Source: Tubulanus polymorphus (lineage: Eukaryota > Animalia > Nemertea). From it: DNA of 64,000 nucleotides. The translations under genes were made by a program, and so were the position numbers. The stretch is taken from NCBI RefSeq assembly GCF_964204645.1, contig NC_134026.1:16712150-16776149 (forward strand), in the 5' to 3' direction. Each line of letters begins with the position of its first letter. The stretch's first letter is position 1. The notes below the pieces were generated by a model. That model was not told where the DNA came from. It saw only the letters and a program-made list of their open reading frames with translations, and did no database searches. This document shows positions 11,653 to 24,729 of this stretch, piece after piece.

Positions 11653-13111
11653 AGACTGTTGCCCACACAAACACACGCTCATACAGACTACTATATGGAG
11701 ATGCTGTAACGCAGCTTGGCACGTGCACGTTTGGTACGATAACAGGCTGAATAATCGTCGTAGCAGACGATGAGCGCTGTGTTTTCTGTTTGATAGAATT
11801 TGTAATAAATTGTAATTTCTCGTGACCCGAAAATACTAAAGCAGCAAACTATAGGTATAGGTCGAGGTCTGAATATTGTAGTGGTAAATTCCAAGATTTA
11901 AAACGATCTAATACTACGCCCCGGTGTTTTAGCTTCCGCAGCCATACATTGGAAGAGGTTTCGTTTCCAAGACTCAATATTCAGCCACCCTCTGACCCTA
12001 GACATCATATGGATTTTATTTGAATATTTTTTCATCTTGTGAAAAATATTTTTTTGAAAATTTTTTTGAAGTGACGAATTAAAAAGATTTTTTCAAGCAA
12101 TGCCCTTACTCCAAACAACCTCTAGCTTTCAAGGTAAACCACACTTCGCCCATGGGCAATTTATATACTTACTCTGCTGAAAATTGCATGTCGATGCGAT
12201 GCGTAACTTTGCAGTATTTACTGCGGAGCTGTGATGATAGCGCCCTCGTTTTAGTAACATGCTCACCAAATTCAACGAAGCCGTCAATCTTTAGATAAAG
12301 GATATTCTCTTAACAAAAAAAGATTTGTTTGAAAATGTTTGAACTAAAATTAATTATGTATACGCTCGGGATTATCTTGACGAAAAAAACGTTTGTATCG
12401 ATATGTAGATGAATTTTGAAACAATTCTCATTCGCATTAAAAACACCATAGGACGGTCTTCCAATATTGCGTAGTATGTATTTGAATTCGAACGCTTTTT
12501 GCGGCTGACTCGCTACGAGCCTGCCTATGCGTGGGATCCGTCTCAATGACCACTACGTTTTTAGCGCTACTGCTTGTCGATAATGTTCATGACGAGATGG
12601 TTACTTAGTAGGGTAGCCGCGATCCGTGCGCTTTCTCATATTGGGTTGTTTAAGCTTCATCGCCGATGCCGATGAAATGATTAGAATATCGAACTTGATA
12701 CTAACCCGACCACACAGAAAGAATCTGTTTAGATGTGAAATGTTATAATATTTATCAGTTCACTTCTAAAACAACCGGGTCTGTTATAGTAAAATATCAT
12801 TGATCACGGTTTAAAAAAGTAATGTACATGTAGATAGGTGGCTGGCTGTGTCAACTTTTAAGCTCAGCAATGAGTGGAGAGACAATGTATCAATTTTTTA
12901 ACCTTGGCTTTGAATCCTGAAAATCCGGGCAGAATTTGTATGGAACTTAAAATACTTTCACGTCTCCCGATACAGCTAGATTTGATTTCAGCAACAGCAA
13001 CAAAAATATAAATATGACATCTGAGATTCTATTGATTTAACAAAATCTTATAATTCATTAGGAGGCTTATAATCTATAATGATTATAATGTATGTATTTC
13101 ATTTCAAAATA

Positions 13112-13222
13112 CGAATTAGCCGTAATAGTTAGCGGAATAGTCATCTATTTATCCTTCACTCCGTGCACGAATTAGCCGTAATAGTTATCGGAATAGTCAT
13201 CTATTTATCCTTCACTCCGTGC
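13112..13222. repeat. Tandem duplication of ~56 bp
   Basis: cgaattagccgtaatagtta(g/t)cggaatagtcatctatttatccttcactccgtg occurs twice. Confidence 0.85.
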
Positions 13223-14798
13223 GTATAGTTCATATTCAACCCGCGGCTTGCGCTATTTATGATGTTAACTATGACAATCAACACAAGCACGTGTGCGTAG
13301 CCTATGTATAAAAAATAAACACCATTTGTTCACCGTATTCACTGACGTACTCACTTACTGCTCTTCTCACTTATATACGATTATCATGTCATATTCAACG
13401 GTAGCAACACTATACAATGGTAAGAGTTTATTAATTCAAATCACTCCCAAAACGATAAAATATCGCATGAAATGTCTAGTGAAAATATAGCTGCCAAGCA
13501 GCGATGACGGGTTTTCTGCAAAGCCATTCAGAATGATGGGAATTGTAGTAAATTGAAACACCTAAACATAGAATAAAATGCATTGACAGATTCGAACCTA
13601 ATATGCAACGACTGTGTAAACGTCAAATATGATTCAGCTTTGAAACCAAACATACGCGGACATACAATCAACAAATATGAATTCATTTGACCAGGCATTT
13701 ATTTTGGCATTCAAACATCATGATACTGTATTATCACCATGCTTAAAAACGGATCTGTCCTATTAAGAACTCATCTTAAGCACCTGCTGAGTCGATAGAT
13801 TGAGTGAATTTACAGATAAGAACGTATTATGATTTAGAATAGATTTAAGAAGTTGATGTTTTTATTGAAATATTTGAATAAATACATATCCCAGCAAACA
13901 CTCAACATAAAATAAACGTTGAGAAGACGTTAAAAACTGGAACGTTGACGAATGACGTTACGATAACGTTTAAATTTGGTTTCCCACAACTTGATTTTAT
14001 TTGGTCGTGCCTAAACCAATATTTAACGTTAATTCTACGTTAAGTCATGCAGAAATATTCGAAACGTTTATTCAACGATAGTTCCTACCTTTTTTAAAAA
14101 ACCTCAAAGAATCCAATCCATCCTCTTATGTTATAGTTTTAGTGAGTTTGTTTAATCGAGGAATGATTTTCGCTCCTGCAGGCAGGGTGCATTATTCGCC
14201 AATTTCAATTTGGCACTGTAAGCATTTTTCATGTTATCACTCGTTTTTGTCTACTTCGTTGAATTGTTAACCCAATATATAATGTCTTTAATAATATATT
14301 TAGTACCGTACCTTGTACGAATAAAATTATTTTAAATTTTAATTTTAATTTTAATCTGGGATTCGAACCTCATCGATCGTACCGCACTTGTTCCCGATTC
14401 GTTACATCCGATCTGGCACCACATTGAGTCGTCTGCTGCGTGAAGCGAGCGTGAACGTTACGCACTGGTACCGTTGTGGTGAAGGGAACTTTACTTCAAC
14501 GAAGGGTAAGTTTAAAGCTCGTATGACCACCTTTTGATAATTCCAAGTCTTTTATAACTTGACTGGGTTAATTTTGTCAAAAGTTGAGCGCATGAAATCA
14601 CAGGGCAAACCTAAAAAGAAGATAAAACCACACGGCCTCTAGTAGTCTACTCTTCTTCCATGCGTGCAACGCGTGCGTGCAAATTGACCAATCCTGAGGC
14701 GTTATTACGAGCACCGTTTTTTGCAATCGATTTCACGATCGGCGTTTTTACAAACACGATTTTCCTAACGATTTTTGAAATTCGATTTGATTTCCAAG

Positions 14799-17769
14799 TG
14801 TAACCGAATAGGCCGGGCACAGTAACCGACTGGCTCTCCGGGCCAGATTTTCTCACAACGGCTGCGCCAGACAATATACCGCCGCTCAGTACTGGTCTAC
14901 AGCTTGGCCTCCCTAACGCACGGGCCGGGCCAAATAACTTCGTCGGGGATCCCCTCTACACGTCGTGCCTCCTATCGATTCTAGGTGGGTCTTCGGGTCC
15001 AATCGTCCTTTACCTGAAGGCGACCAACAACAACTCGGACTCCTTCGTTCTGGGTAGCGCGTCTTTATCGGTTCCAGAGTTGTTCCCGAAACTGGTTGAA
15101 CTGACTCGGACTCAGAAATCTACTCAATAAAGACATAAGACCGTTATTCGTAAAACGTAACGTTAGACATGTTTATTGCCTCAACAACGCAAAATTTATA
15201 AATGGAATGTTGCTCGCTACTCGTAGTGCTCATTCGTAGTAATTCTTTTTATACTCGTAATACTTTTAATACTCGTAATACTCTTAATACTCGTAATACC
15301 TTTAATACTCGTAATACTCTTAATACTCGTAATACGTTTAATACTCGTAATACTAGTAGACCCCTAGGATAAGGTCACAATATCTCACTAAATGACGGCT
15401 CGTCAGCCTAATCATGTTCAACTAATATTTCGTACGAAATGTGGTTAACTCACGCTGTGAAAGAACATCTAGGGGGAGAGAGGGGTGAGAGGTACAACTA
15501 AGAAATTAAATAAATAAAAGGCTCGAGTCTGAAGCGGAAATGTCAGTGACGATGGACAGATCCCAATATCTGAACCCGGCCCCAGGGCCGACTCGATAAC
15601 ACCTCCTCTTGAACTACCACTACAGGGATTCTTCATCTTGGTTGGAATTCGCCTTCACTGGTGGTCCGACGCAGGGACTGATCAGTTCCCTGGCCCTCCA
15701 TTCTTTCTCCGGGACACTCATCTCCGGTCCTCTTAGGAAGTAACACATCAAGGGAAGACTTGGTTTCGACCTGGACTACCACTGGCAGAATGGCTAATCG
15801 TCACCCGACAAATTCCGAGACTCAAGAGGTTTAGTGAAACCAACGTATTATAATGCAACTGGAATGGTACTCTCACACCTTTCTCTCATTTAATAGCTCG
15901 AAAAAAAATACCACACGCAGCTTTGCTTGTGGGTATAAATGCACTAAGGCCATTGACGGCACCCGACTAAAATAATAAGGGGTTAATTCTACCCATATGA
16001 TGTACACGCGGATTGACGCGAGAGGTAGCCTGAACGGTTAGATCCCGCAGGTTCATAATACTAACGGTCAGATGGCTAAACTGCCTGATTGTCACAAGTT
16101 TGAACTAGACTAGCTCGGAATATGAGCGACTGGGAGACGGAGAGGGATAACCCTCGCCGTGTCCCAGTCCCAGCATCACAATGATGTGGCGACTCAATAA
16201 TAATACTTAATACTTTGCAATTTAATACTAAAACAGTCGATCGTCGATCGATAATACTATACGAGATATAGGACGGATAATCCCCGAATAACAAAGGAAG
16301 GATTAAGGTAAGAGGGGGGTGGGTCTAGCGACAGGGTCGGTACCCGGCCAGCCTGCAGAATCTGCAGAATCTCGTCGGACATCATTCGGTGGATAGCGTA
16401 GGTCTGCTTCATCCTTCCCCGTTCCAAGGACCAATGAACCATGCGTCGGCGGTTGAATCTTCTACACCAAACCTCATCTTACCCCGGCAAGTCCCTCAGG
16501 GCGGCTGTACCATCCACACCAGTAGCCATCGTCTTCCATCTAGTACCATCGGCTGAAGGCAACCGATACTGCGAGACATCTACCGAACACCAGCCACCTT
16601 CGCCAAAATCCACCCACCCGGGACAGTAATTCCACTTAGTTTGAAATTACAAGGTCGTCATTAGGAGCAACCCTTGATAAGACACTCTAATAATGATAGA
16701 TTAGGATAAGGAATTTGGAATAAAGAACATGGCGGTAACCGCAAAAACCGGGCAATCAAGGCCGCGGCAAGGGAATAATAATAATATATCAACTATCTTA
16801 ACTGTAGTAACAAGTGATCACATCCCCTAAGACGGGGGTCCCTATCGGGACGTAAGAGGTAGCGCTTACATCGTGTCACGTATAATTATCTGAAGTCGAT
16901 CGAAAGTCGCTTGTTAATCTCACTAGTATATTTCTATTTTTTCCGCGGCGATGCCAATCGAAAATGAATCCTGAACTAGAGTTCTGCGCGCCTTATATAG
17001 GGCTCCCAGTCCCCGACGTTTTGATTGGATGGAAGTTTTTGTCCCCGATGCCCTCCATTGGTCAGAGTTCTTTGTCCCCGACGCGCCTCATTGGTTAGAG
17101 GTCACGAGGAACACGTGACGTCACGATCACGCGTGATTAAGTTTGTCAACAACGACGCTCGATCTAACTTTTCCATCATAAATTAGTTAATAAGAATTCC
17201 GGCCTGAACCGAGTTTTAAATCTTAAAAGGAGGGATTTATTACCCGTGAAAGGATTTATCGTGCGAATAGTTGAAAAATAACCGCCAGAAGAGGGAGCAC
17301 CCGAACGGACCGCACCGTGGAGTGCCGAATTGAACCGGCCCGAAAATATGGGCGACTCGGCCTTCAGATCGGAATTCTATTTCACAATATAATTTGACGA
17401 CTAAAATGGTCTAGTATAAGAAGATTCAAGAAATAAGGATTCTATTCCTCACGCGGTATAACAACTGCGGAAGCGTGATTCCCCGGATAGTTTAAAATCG
17501 GTAAGAACATAGTCTGGGTGAAATCCTTAACCGAACACAACTCGACCGGACGCGAGTTCGTGCCGCAGCATAAACTGGAAATTTGGCCCGGATATATAAC
17601 ATCCATAAAGGAACAAGACGGATGATTAAAGTTTGATAAAGTAGTTATAACATTATGACATTATGACGCTATCTGTGGCGATTATTTCGTGACGCTATCT
17701 ATGGCGATTAAAGGAAATTGATTTTGAATTTGGCGCTCTCGGCGCAATCACAGGGGAATTTCCGCTACA
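14799..17769 (-). repeat. 3' LTR (~2.97 kb) of the Gypsy element
   Basis: Begins TGTAGCGG right after the PPT (minus strand) and probably ends ...GGTTACA at 14799. It contains TATATAA (16993-16999), three upstream CCAAT boxes (17023-17094) and AATAAA (15172-15177). The left end is inferred because there is no second LTR to compare. Confidence 0.6.
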
Positions 17770-17787
17770 CCACCCCCTCCCCGCTTT
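17770..17787 (-). promoter_or_regulatory. Polypurine tract (PPT)
   Basis: Minus strand AAAGCGGGGAGGGGGTGG directly followed by TGT. Confidence 0.8.
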
Positions 17788-18066
17788 CACGCGTCCCGCG
17801 TGAGGAAAAAGAAGAAAAGGATCAAAAAGTGATAAAATAGTCGAACCCCGCTAGCACGATACTAAAAAGGAAATAAAAGGAATCGCTACACCCAGCGAAT
17901 CCCGTATTAACGTGATCGTACTAAGCAAACACTTCTATAGAAAATTACTACCAGAAAGATTTCCCGAATCTCTTAACCCATCGTATTACTGAGGCTTCCG
18001 TTGAAAACCGGATCGCACTAACGAGGCTCGACCATATACTCCTACACTATAGATGCACAGATTCAC

Positions 18067-19572
18067 TCATCTAGTCCCTCGATCTCGCAGGCGATACAAT
18101 AAAACTGGGTCTCGTCGAACCCAAACAAGACTAGGTAGCCGTGTGGCACGGTGTGCGTGCATCTCACCGAAGTTGGTTCCTGATGTTCTCGTCGGGGGGG
18201 TCCACTCTATGCCGGCCGCTCGAGCCATCTTCCTACAAAACGGGCAATGTACGATGGTGCCGGGCGTTCCCCGGAAAGTGGCAGGCCGCCCATAACCTGT
18301 CGGATGGCTATGAAGTAGTGTTTTCGCCCGTGGCGCTGAGGCCACTCCGCTGGGCGCCGATTCTACTGTCGCGTTGTCCTTGGTCTCGACTGGACGTACT
18401 GGGGAAGGTGTGGTTGTATGTATAGCAGTGGGAACATACGTGGGTGTCGTGTTTCCCCACCGTTGTTGGAAACACTCCCCGAGCTTCTGCGGCGAATACG
18501 CCGACACCTCGCCTCCATCTCTTCTCTCCTTCTCCTCCCGCCTCGCCAATTTCTCCCGCTCCTGCTTCTCCAGCCTCTCCCGTTCCTGCTTCCGCTTGTT
18601 TTCTAATCTACTCTTCTCTTTCTCTCTTTTCACCTTCTCCTCTTCCTCCAGCTTCCTCCTTCGCTCCCGCTGCTTATCCCTCTCCTCTACCACTTTCCGC
18701 CGGTGTTCAATGTATTCCGCGTTCCGCCGCTCCCGACTGGCTGCTGCGATCCGTGCAGCCCGCTGACCCCATGTTTCTTTCTCCCTCCTCGTCTCTACTT
18801 CCGCCGTTTTCCTTTCGACCACCGTCCGCACATCCACCACCTCCTCGCTCACTATCGTCATCTCGTCTACGAACTTCCCCGCTTCACTCGCACCGCCTTC
18901 GCCAGTCTTCACTTCCTCTTTCTCCGTATCATCGCTATTCATTACTTCATCCTCTGTTCTCTCTTCCAACAGCTCCACTTCTACGCTCTCCAGCTCTTCA
19001 ACTATCTTCTCATCTTCCTCCTTCTCACACTTCTCCTGGCTCTCCTTGCTCTTCTTCTCTTTGCTCTCTTCACTCTTCTTCTCTTTGCTCTCTTCACTCT
19101 TCTTCTCTTTGCTCTCTTCACTCTTCTTCTCTTTGCTCTCTTCACTCTTCTTCTCTTTGCTCTCCTCACTCTTCTCCCTCACTTTCTCTCTGCTCCCCTT
19201 CTTCTCGCTTTCCTTCTTTCTCTCACTCTCATCTCCGCTCTTCCGCTTCTTCGTACACGGCTCCCCGGTACTCTGGTGTCTATCGGGCGTTCGGTCGCGA
19301 ATCGGAACCTCGACGACCTTCACGGTGGTGTGTCGCCGTCCATCATTGTGGTCTCGACGAGCGTGGCGCCGAATCGAATCTGCCCGTGGGCCGGTACGCC
19401 CACAGGTCGTACACTTATACGAAACCCCCTCCCGGGGAATGCAGTCGCATTTCTCCTGGTGCGACGATAGGTCTGCGTAATAATCGTGACAACCGTGGCA
19501 CTTCTGTCGTGTCCTCCAAGAAAAGAAAATGGGGTTGGTTGGTTTGGTTATATAACAGGTTCCCGTTCTAGC
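18067..19572 (-). CDS. Accessory ORF in the env position: zinc fingers, EKKSEESK repeats and a charged coiled region
   Basis: The 418-aa ORF frame stays open upstream to 19572 and adds CHGCHDYYADLSSHQEKC and YKCTTCGRTGPRADSIRRHARRDH. There is no in-frame ATG upstream of the fingers; an acceptor-like TTTTTATATCTGTAG ends at 19573. Confidence 0.65.
   Translation of the reverse strand, partial: ARTGTCYITKPTNPIFFSWRTRQKCHGCHDYYADLSSHQEKCDCIPREGVSYKCTTCGRTGPRADSIRRHARRDHNDGRRHTTVKVVEVPIRDRTPDRHQSTGEPCTKKRKSGDESERKKESEKKGSREKVREKSEESKEKKSEESKEKKSEESKEKKSEESKEKKSEESKEKKSKESQEKCEKEEDEKIVEELESVEVELLEERTEDEVMNSDDTEKEEVKTGEGGASEAGKFVDEMTIVSEEVVDVRTVVERKTAEVETRREKETWGQRAARIAAASRERRNAEYIEHRRKVVEERDKQRERRRKLEEEEKVKREKEKSRLENKRKQERERLEKQEREKLARREEKERRDGGEVSAYSPQKLGECFQQRWGNTTPTYVPTAIHTTTPSPVRPVETKDNATVESAPSGVASAPRAKTLLHSHPTGYGRPATFRGTPGTIVHCPFCRKMARAAGIEWTPPTRTSGTNFGEMHAHRATRLPSLVWVRRDPVLLYRLRDRGTR
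19040..19175. repeat. 24-bp coding tandem repeat (EKKSEESK)
   Basis: ctcttcttctctttgctctcttca repeated about 5 times. Confidence 0.9.
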
Positions 19573-22500
19573 CTACAGATATAAAAATGAGTGAAGGAAC
19601 ACGTGAACTCCTCCTTCGAGTAGTAGGGGCGTCCGCTACAATAAGCTCGGTCGCGTCATGATTCAGACCCAGGTATTCAGTTCCCACGTATGGTTTGAGT
19701 CGGTCGTAATGTACTATTTTAGGGGCATTGTTCGGCACGTCCTGTATTTCATATACGGTTTCTGAGTGTCTCTGTAGGATGGTGTACGGTCCGGTCCATC
19801 TCAACTGAAACTTCCGGGAGGAATCGCTGCCCGTTACCTTCGGCTGATACAGCCAGACAAGATCTCGGGCCTCATAGGGTTTTCCGTATCGCCGTTGGTC
19901 GTGGAGATTCTTCTGACGAAGAGTATTCTTTGCTAAAGCTTTCCGGGCATCACGGTGCGCCATCTCCATTCTTTTCCGAAGCTGACTGACGTACTCGGTG
20001 GCGGACGGATACCTGTCTTTAGGTGGAAGACCAACTACGAGATCCACAGGGAGATCCACCTCCCGTAGCAGCATCAGATAGTTCGGAGACGCTTCGGTCG
20101 TGTTATGATGGGCCGCGCGATAAGCCATAGCGGCGAAAGGTAACTGCAAATCCCAGTCGAAAGGATCATCGACGGACATCAAAGATAACATCGATATCAG
20201 GCTGCGGTTAAAACGCTCGACCATACCATCACTTTGGGGCCTGTATGGAGTAGTGCGAGTTTGTTTGATACCGAGAAGAGTGCAGACTTCTTTGAAAAGT
20301 TTGGATTGAAACTTCGAACCCTGATCGGTGTGAAGCTCACGAGGTACGCCAAAACGGCTGAAAAATTCCGTCACTAGTTTATTGGCTACCGCCTAGGCCT
20401 CCATATTGGGAATAGCGTAGCATTCAACCCATTTGGTAAAATAGTCCATAGCAACGACGACATAGACGTTGCCGGCCGTGGTTGGTCTCTTGGAGGGGGC
20501 CCATAATATCTAAGGCGATACGCTCCATGGGTGCTCCTACGTTGTAAATCTGGAGTTCAGCCTGAAATTTCTTCGCTGGGGATTTCTTCCGAGGACAGAG
20601 CTCACATTGTTTCACCCATAACTCAATATCTTCCCTCATTCCGGGCCAATAGTACCTATGTTGCAACTTGGAGAGAGTTTTCTCAATCCCCAGGTGTCCC
20701 CCAGTCCGAGCTGAATGGAGTTGGTAAAAAATAGTACGGCGAAACTTCGGTGGGGCAATCAGCTGAGAAAAACCACCCTCCGATCTACACTCCCTGAACA
20801 GAATACCGTCGTTGAACGAAAGGAGTTCCCACTGAGCCCAATATCGTTTGGCGTTAGTGCTTTTGTCGGAGACGTCTCGCCAAGGTGGCTTGGTGTTGCC
20901 GGCCATCAGCCCGTCGATCGCCCACTCCAGGTCTTCATCATTACGCTGGGCGGTCTTGAGCTCCTCCAAATCCCATGTCTCATCCAGTTGAGATTCAACG
21001 GCGCCCTCTTCGATCACGTGTATGTACCCTATCTTATCACACTGCTTACACGGCATCCTCGATAACCCGTCAGCGTTACCGTGTTTTACTCCGGGACGGT
21101 GTTCAATCTGGAACTGATAAGTCGAGAAGGCTTCCAGCCATCGAGCAATTTGCCCTTCGGGTTCCTTCAGATTCATCAGCCAACGGAGGGCGCTGTGATC
21201 GGTGCGGATGCGAAAGTTCTGTCCATAGAGGTAGTGCTTGAAATGCTTCACAAAGAACACGACAGCTAGTAGTTCGCGCCGAGTCACGCAGTAGTTTTGT
21301 TCCGCGCGGTTAAGCGTACGACTTCCAAACGCGATTGGTCGCTCCTCGTTCTCGTGTATCTGACTCAATACTCCACCGATAGCAAAGGCACTAGCGTCGC
21401 AATCCAATACATACGGGTCCGTGACATTCGGGTAGGCTAAAATAGGTGCGTTGGTCAACTTCTCCTTCAGATCCCGGAAAGCTTGTTCCTGCTCGTCGCC
21501 CCAAATAAAATCCTGGTCTTTAGCCGTGAGTTTATGAAGGCTACCTGCGATCTTCGCGAATCCGGCGACGAATCTCCTGTAGTAAGTGGCCAGGCCCAAG
21601 AAACTACGAACTTCCTTGACGTTTTTAGGCGTTGGCCAATCCCGTATACACTGAATCTTGGACGGGTCCGTCTGTATGCCCTCGTGGCTCACCACGTGCC
21701 CGAGAAAAACTACCGACTGCTGGAAAAGCGAGCACTTGCGGGGTTTTAGCTTGAGTCCAGCTTCTTCCAATTTACTGAAGATTAAGTCCAACCGTTCGAC
21801 CATCTCTTTAACCGAGCTACTAAATATCAACACGTCATCGAGGTATATTAAACATATTTCCCATTGGAGGCCAGTAAGTACCATTTCCATCAATCTTTCG
21901 AAAGTTCCCGGGGCTCCGGACATACCGAAAGGAAGTACATTGAATTCCCACAACCCACTCTGAGTAATAAAGGCAGACTTCTGCTTAGCATCCTCGCTCA
22001 ACGCAACCTGCCAATACCCGGAATTAAGATCAAGGGTGCTGAACCATACGGCACCTCCGAGACATTCCAGCGAGCGATTGATATTCGGGTTCGCCATGCT
22101 TTCGATGGTCGTAATCTCATTAAGCCGACGATAGTCCACACAGAAGCGAGTGCTTCCGTCTTTCTTGGTTACCAATACGATCGGGGACGACCAAGGGGAG
22201 CGGGACCTCGTGATCAAACCGCGGCGATGCATGTCTTCAATCAAATTTTCAGTCTCTTTTCGTTTGGTTAAGGGAGGAAGTCTCGGCGCCTGTCGAATTG
22301 GTGGGTGATTCCCGGTGTTTACTTCGTGAGTGACCAAATCTGTCCTTCCCAGGTCTTCATCGGTTTCTGAGAAAGCTGACGCATGTTTAATCAGCAGCTC
22401 TGCTACCAAGGGAGCATCCTCCGGGCTGAGGTTCTTCACGCTGGCTTGGTAAAGTTCTTTCAGATGTTCTGGAATGTCTAGGTTCGCATTAGGTTCTTCG

Positions 22501-22932
22501 GGTTCCGAGTTCTTTTCTTCCATCTCGACGGTTCGAATCGTGGACACCGTATTGAGTCTCCCCAGGACCGTAAACCGCGGAAGAAGGATAGGGCTGTATC
22601 CCAAATTCGAACACAAGTCGAACTCCGTTCCCGGGTGTCGACCAGTGTTCGGGCCACACCAGATCTCCACCCTCGTATCGTCCTGTCCCCTCGATGATAC
22701 CAAACGACGGAATATCGGAATCCCCAGAAATAGAAGTGGGTATGACCATTAGGTGTCGAGCTGGAATTTCCACCGCTTCCAGGGTCCTCGCTAATAATTC
22801 GGTTTCGGGTTCTAATGAATTCTTCGTGTGGCAGACGATCTCTTCGTTACCGCAAAATAGCAACGAATTACCCACATCCAGGTACGAGCCGGTTCGTTTC
22901 AGAAAGTCCATCACCAAAATCCCGTCGCCAGC
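19568..22932 (-). pseudogene. pol: Gypsy pol (protease C-terminus, RT, RNase H, integrase), frameshifted
   Basis: DGILVMDFL; RFCVDYRRLN, LDLNSGYWQ, PFGM, YLDD; DASAFAIG, NYCVTRRELLAVV, TDHSAL, NADGLSR; HxxxxGGH...CELC; HTDQG, SDGMVERFNR, WTGPY. Confidence 0.95.
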
Positions 22933-24729
22933 GTTAAAGTGGATAATAGAATTATATCAATACGGGATACGCATTTGATGTGTCAAGTCACACCAATGCG
23001 GTTTAACATAACATAATTTATAGTTATAGTCAAATTGGGGGTTACTCGGGTCGTTTAGTTGTCTGCGGAGTCGAGTAGATTGGTTACCCCTGTAACATTG
23101 GTTACGGAAACGACTCGTCAGCTTGATGAGTTGTATGTATTATGATTGTGCGCCACCTGCATTTTCCGAAATAATGTTCATATAATTATTTGAAGGGAGG
23201 ATTGAAATCAATTATCAACGTACATCTGAATATGTAATAGTCCTTAGTAACTTTCTGTTGCAGAGGGCATAGAAAAGATTTTGAAATTATTTAATTAAAA
23301 TATAAATTTTATTTACGAAAAATAAACTATTATGGTCAGTACAAATAGAAAATTCATAGTGTATTTTTAAGAACAAGCTTACATAGCTTACAGAATACAT
23401 CACGTACATTCGAATTTTATAAGTGATGGGTAAAAATCAACGTATGACAGAAAAAAATGTAGTTAATTATTTAACAATATCGAAATATGTGCTCTCTTTT
23501 TAAACTAATGGAGTGATACGCAATTAATCACATGGCCTGTATTAAAAGATAGAACATACAAGTTGGATATTTATAAGTCGAAACAGAAACTAAAACTTTG
23601 ATGTCAGTGACCAGTATGGAATTACACAACGACAATTGGCTTTAAACTCAACAAACATTATTAAAGAATGTTTCAAACAAAATGCTTTATATAACGACAT
23701 GAATAAACTTGTTTTACAAAACAAGAAAGTACATTTTGAACTTTTGAATGGTCGAATCCCATTTATTTACAGTAACCTGTGATGTGGCGATTCTCGGAGC
23801 CATCCCTCTTGATGACGTCACTAACAAGTGGTCACGGCCGTCGCGTGCACTCATTTCTTTGAAAATCTAGCTTCCTCGCGGAGCGGGACCTGGTGACGCT
23901 GCGCCCCGCCCCCTTCGCGCTGAGAAATATCTCATTCCCAGTCAGCAAAGACAGGTTCTAAAGATCATAGAGTGCTTCGCTGGAGGGTTTCCGATCCATA
24001 TAATTGAATTTGAATTGGTGCGGTGGCGCTCTCAATGCGGAAGTTTTTGTGAATTTTTCAGTCGACGACGGACGTTTATCGTTGTAAGTGATGTAATATG
24101 TAAAAAAATGTAGGGAAACCTATCTCAATTTGTTTTTAGCGATGCAGCGGAACTAATAAGGAACATTTTGATATATAACATGACTATAGTACACTATCCC
24201 TGATGGAATGATAAGCTCCACTCGACAAACTCGTTCCCGTGCATTTTTAGCACACACACAGCCCCTCTACCATCAATGCTTAACCCCAGTTTGACCAACT
24301 GTGGGCGTTTTCCTTTGAAACATAAGCCTTATTGTAAAAGATAAGCATTAATCTAAGTTAATGCTGCATCTTTATCATGAAACCTGAGAAAGATTATTCT
24401 ATTATTTAGGCCTATTCAAATTTTCTGTCCACTACCACGTGGAAAAAAGACCCAGTCAAAATTGTGCATCACGCTTTGATGAAGAAATTGGTTCTAGGCT
24501 ATAAATTTTACGACTCAAACGAATCTTTTCCTCAACAAAGCCGCTTTTAGGTTGATGCAAAATGTCATTTGCTTTCTAAATGTGTAACTAGGCCTAATCA
24601 AAAGGATATTTCAAAAGCAAACTTTGCCGGGCCAAGAGCCATATTGAATTAAATTTTTTCCGAACCATTATGCCTCTTTCATCATAACATTATTTATCCT
24701 ATTTCATGATCTTAGGCCTACAAGTAGAG

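Larger units (their letters stand above)
14799..22932 (-). mobile_element. Gypsy/Ty3 LTR retrotransposon, 5'-truncated within the protease (no gag or 5' LTR)
   Basis: PR-RT-RH-IN order on the minus strand, with a PPT and a 3' LTR; GC-richer than the flanks. Confidence 0.88.

Noticed and set aside
7476-14790. Short ORFs as possible host exons
   Set aside because: No domain similarity or coherent splice structure; the region is repeat fragments and intergenic DNA.
18141-19571. Plus-strand ORFs of 375, 255 and 144 aa
   Set aside because: They are antisense shadows of the purine-rich minus-strand accessory ORF.
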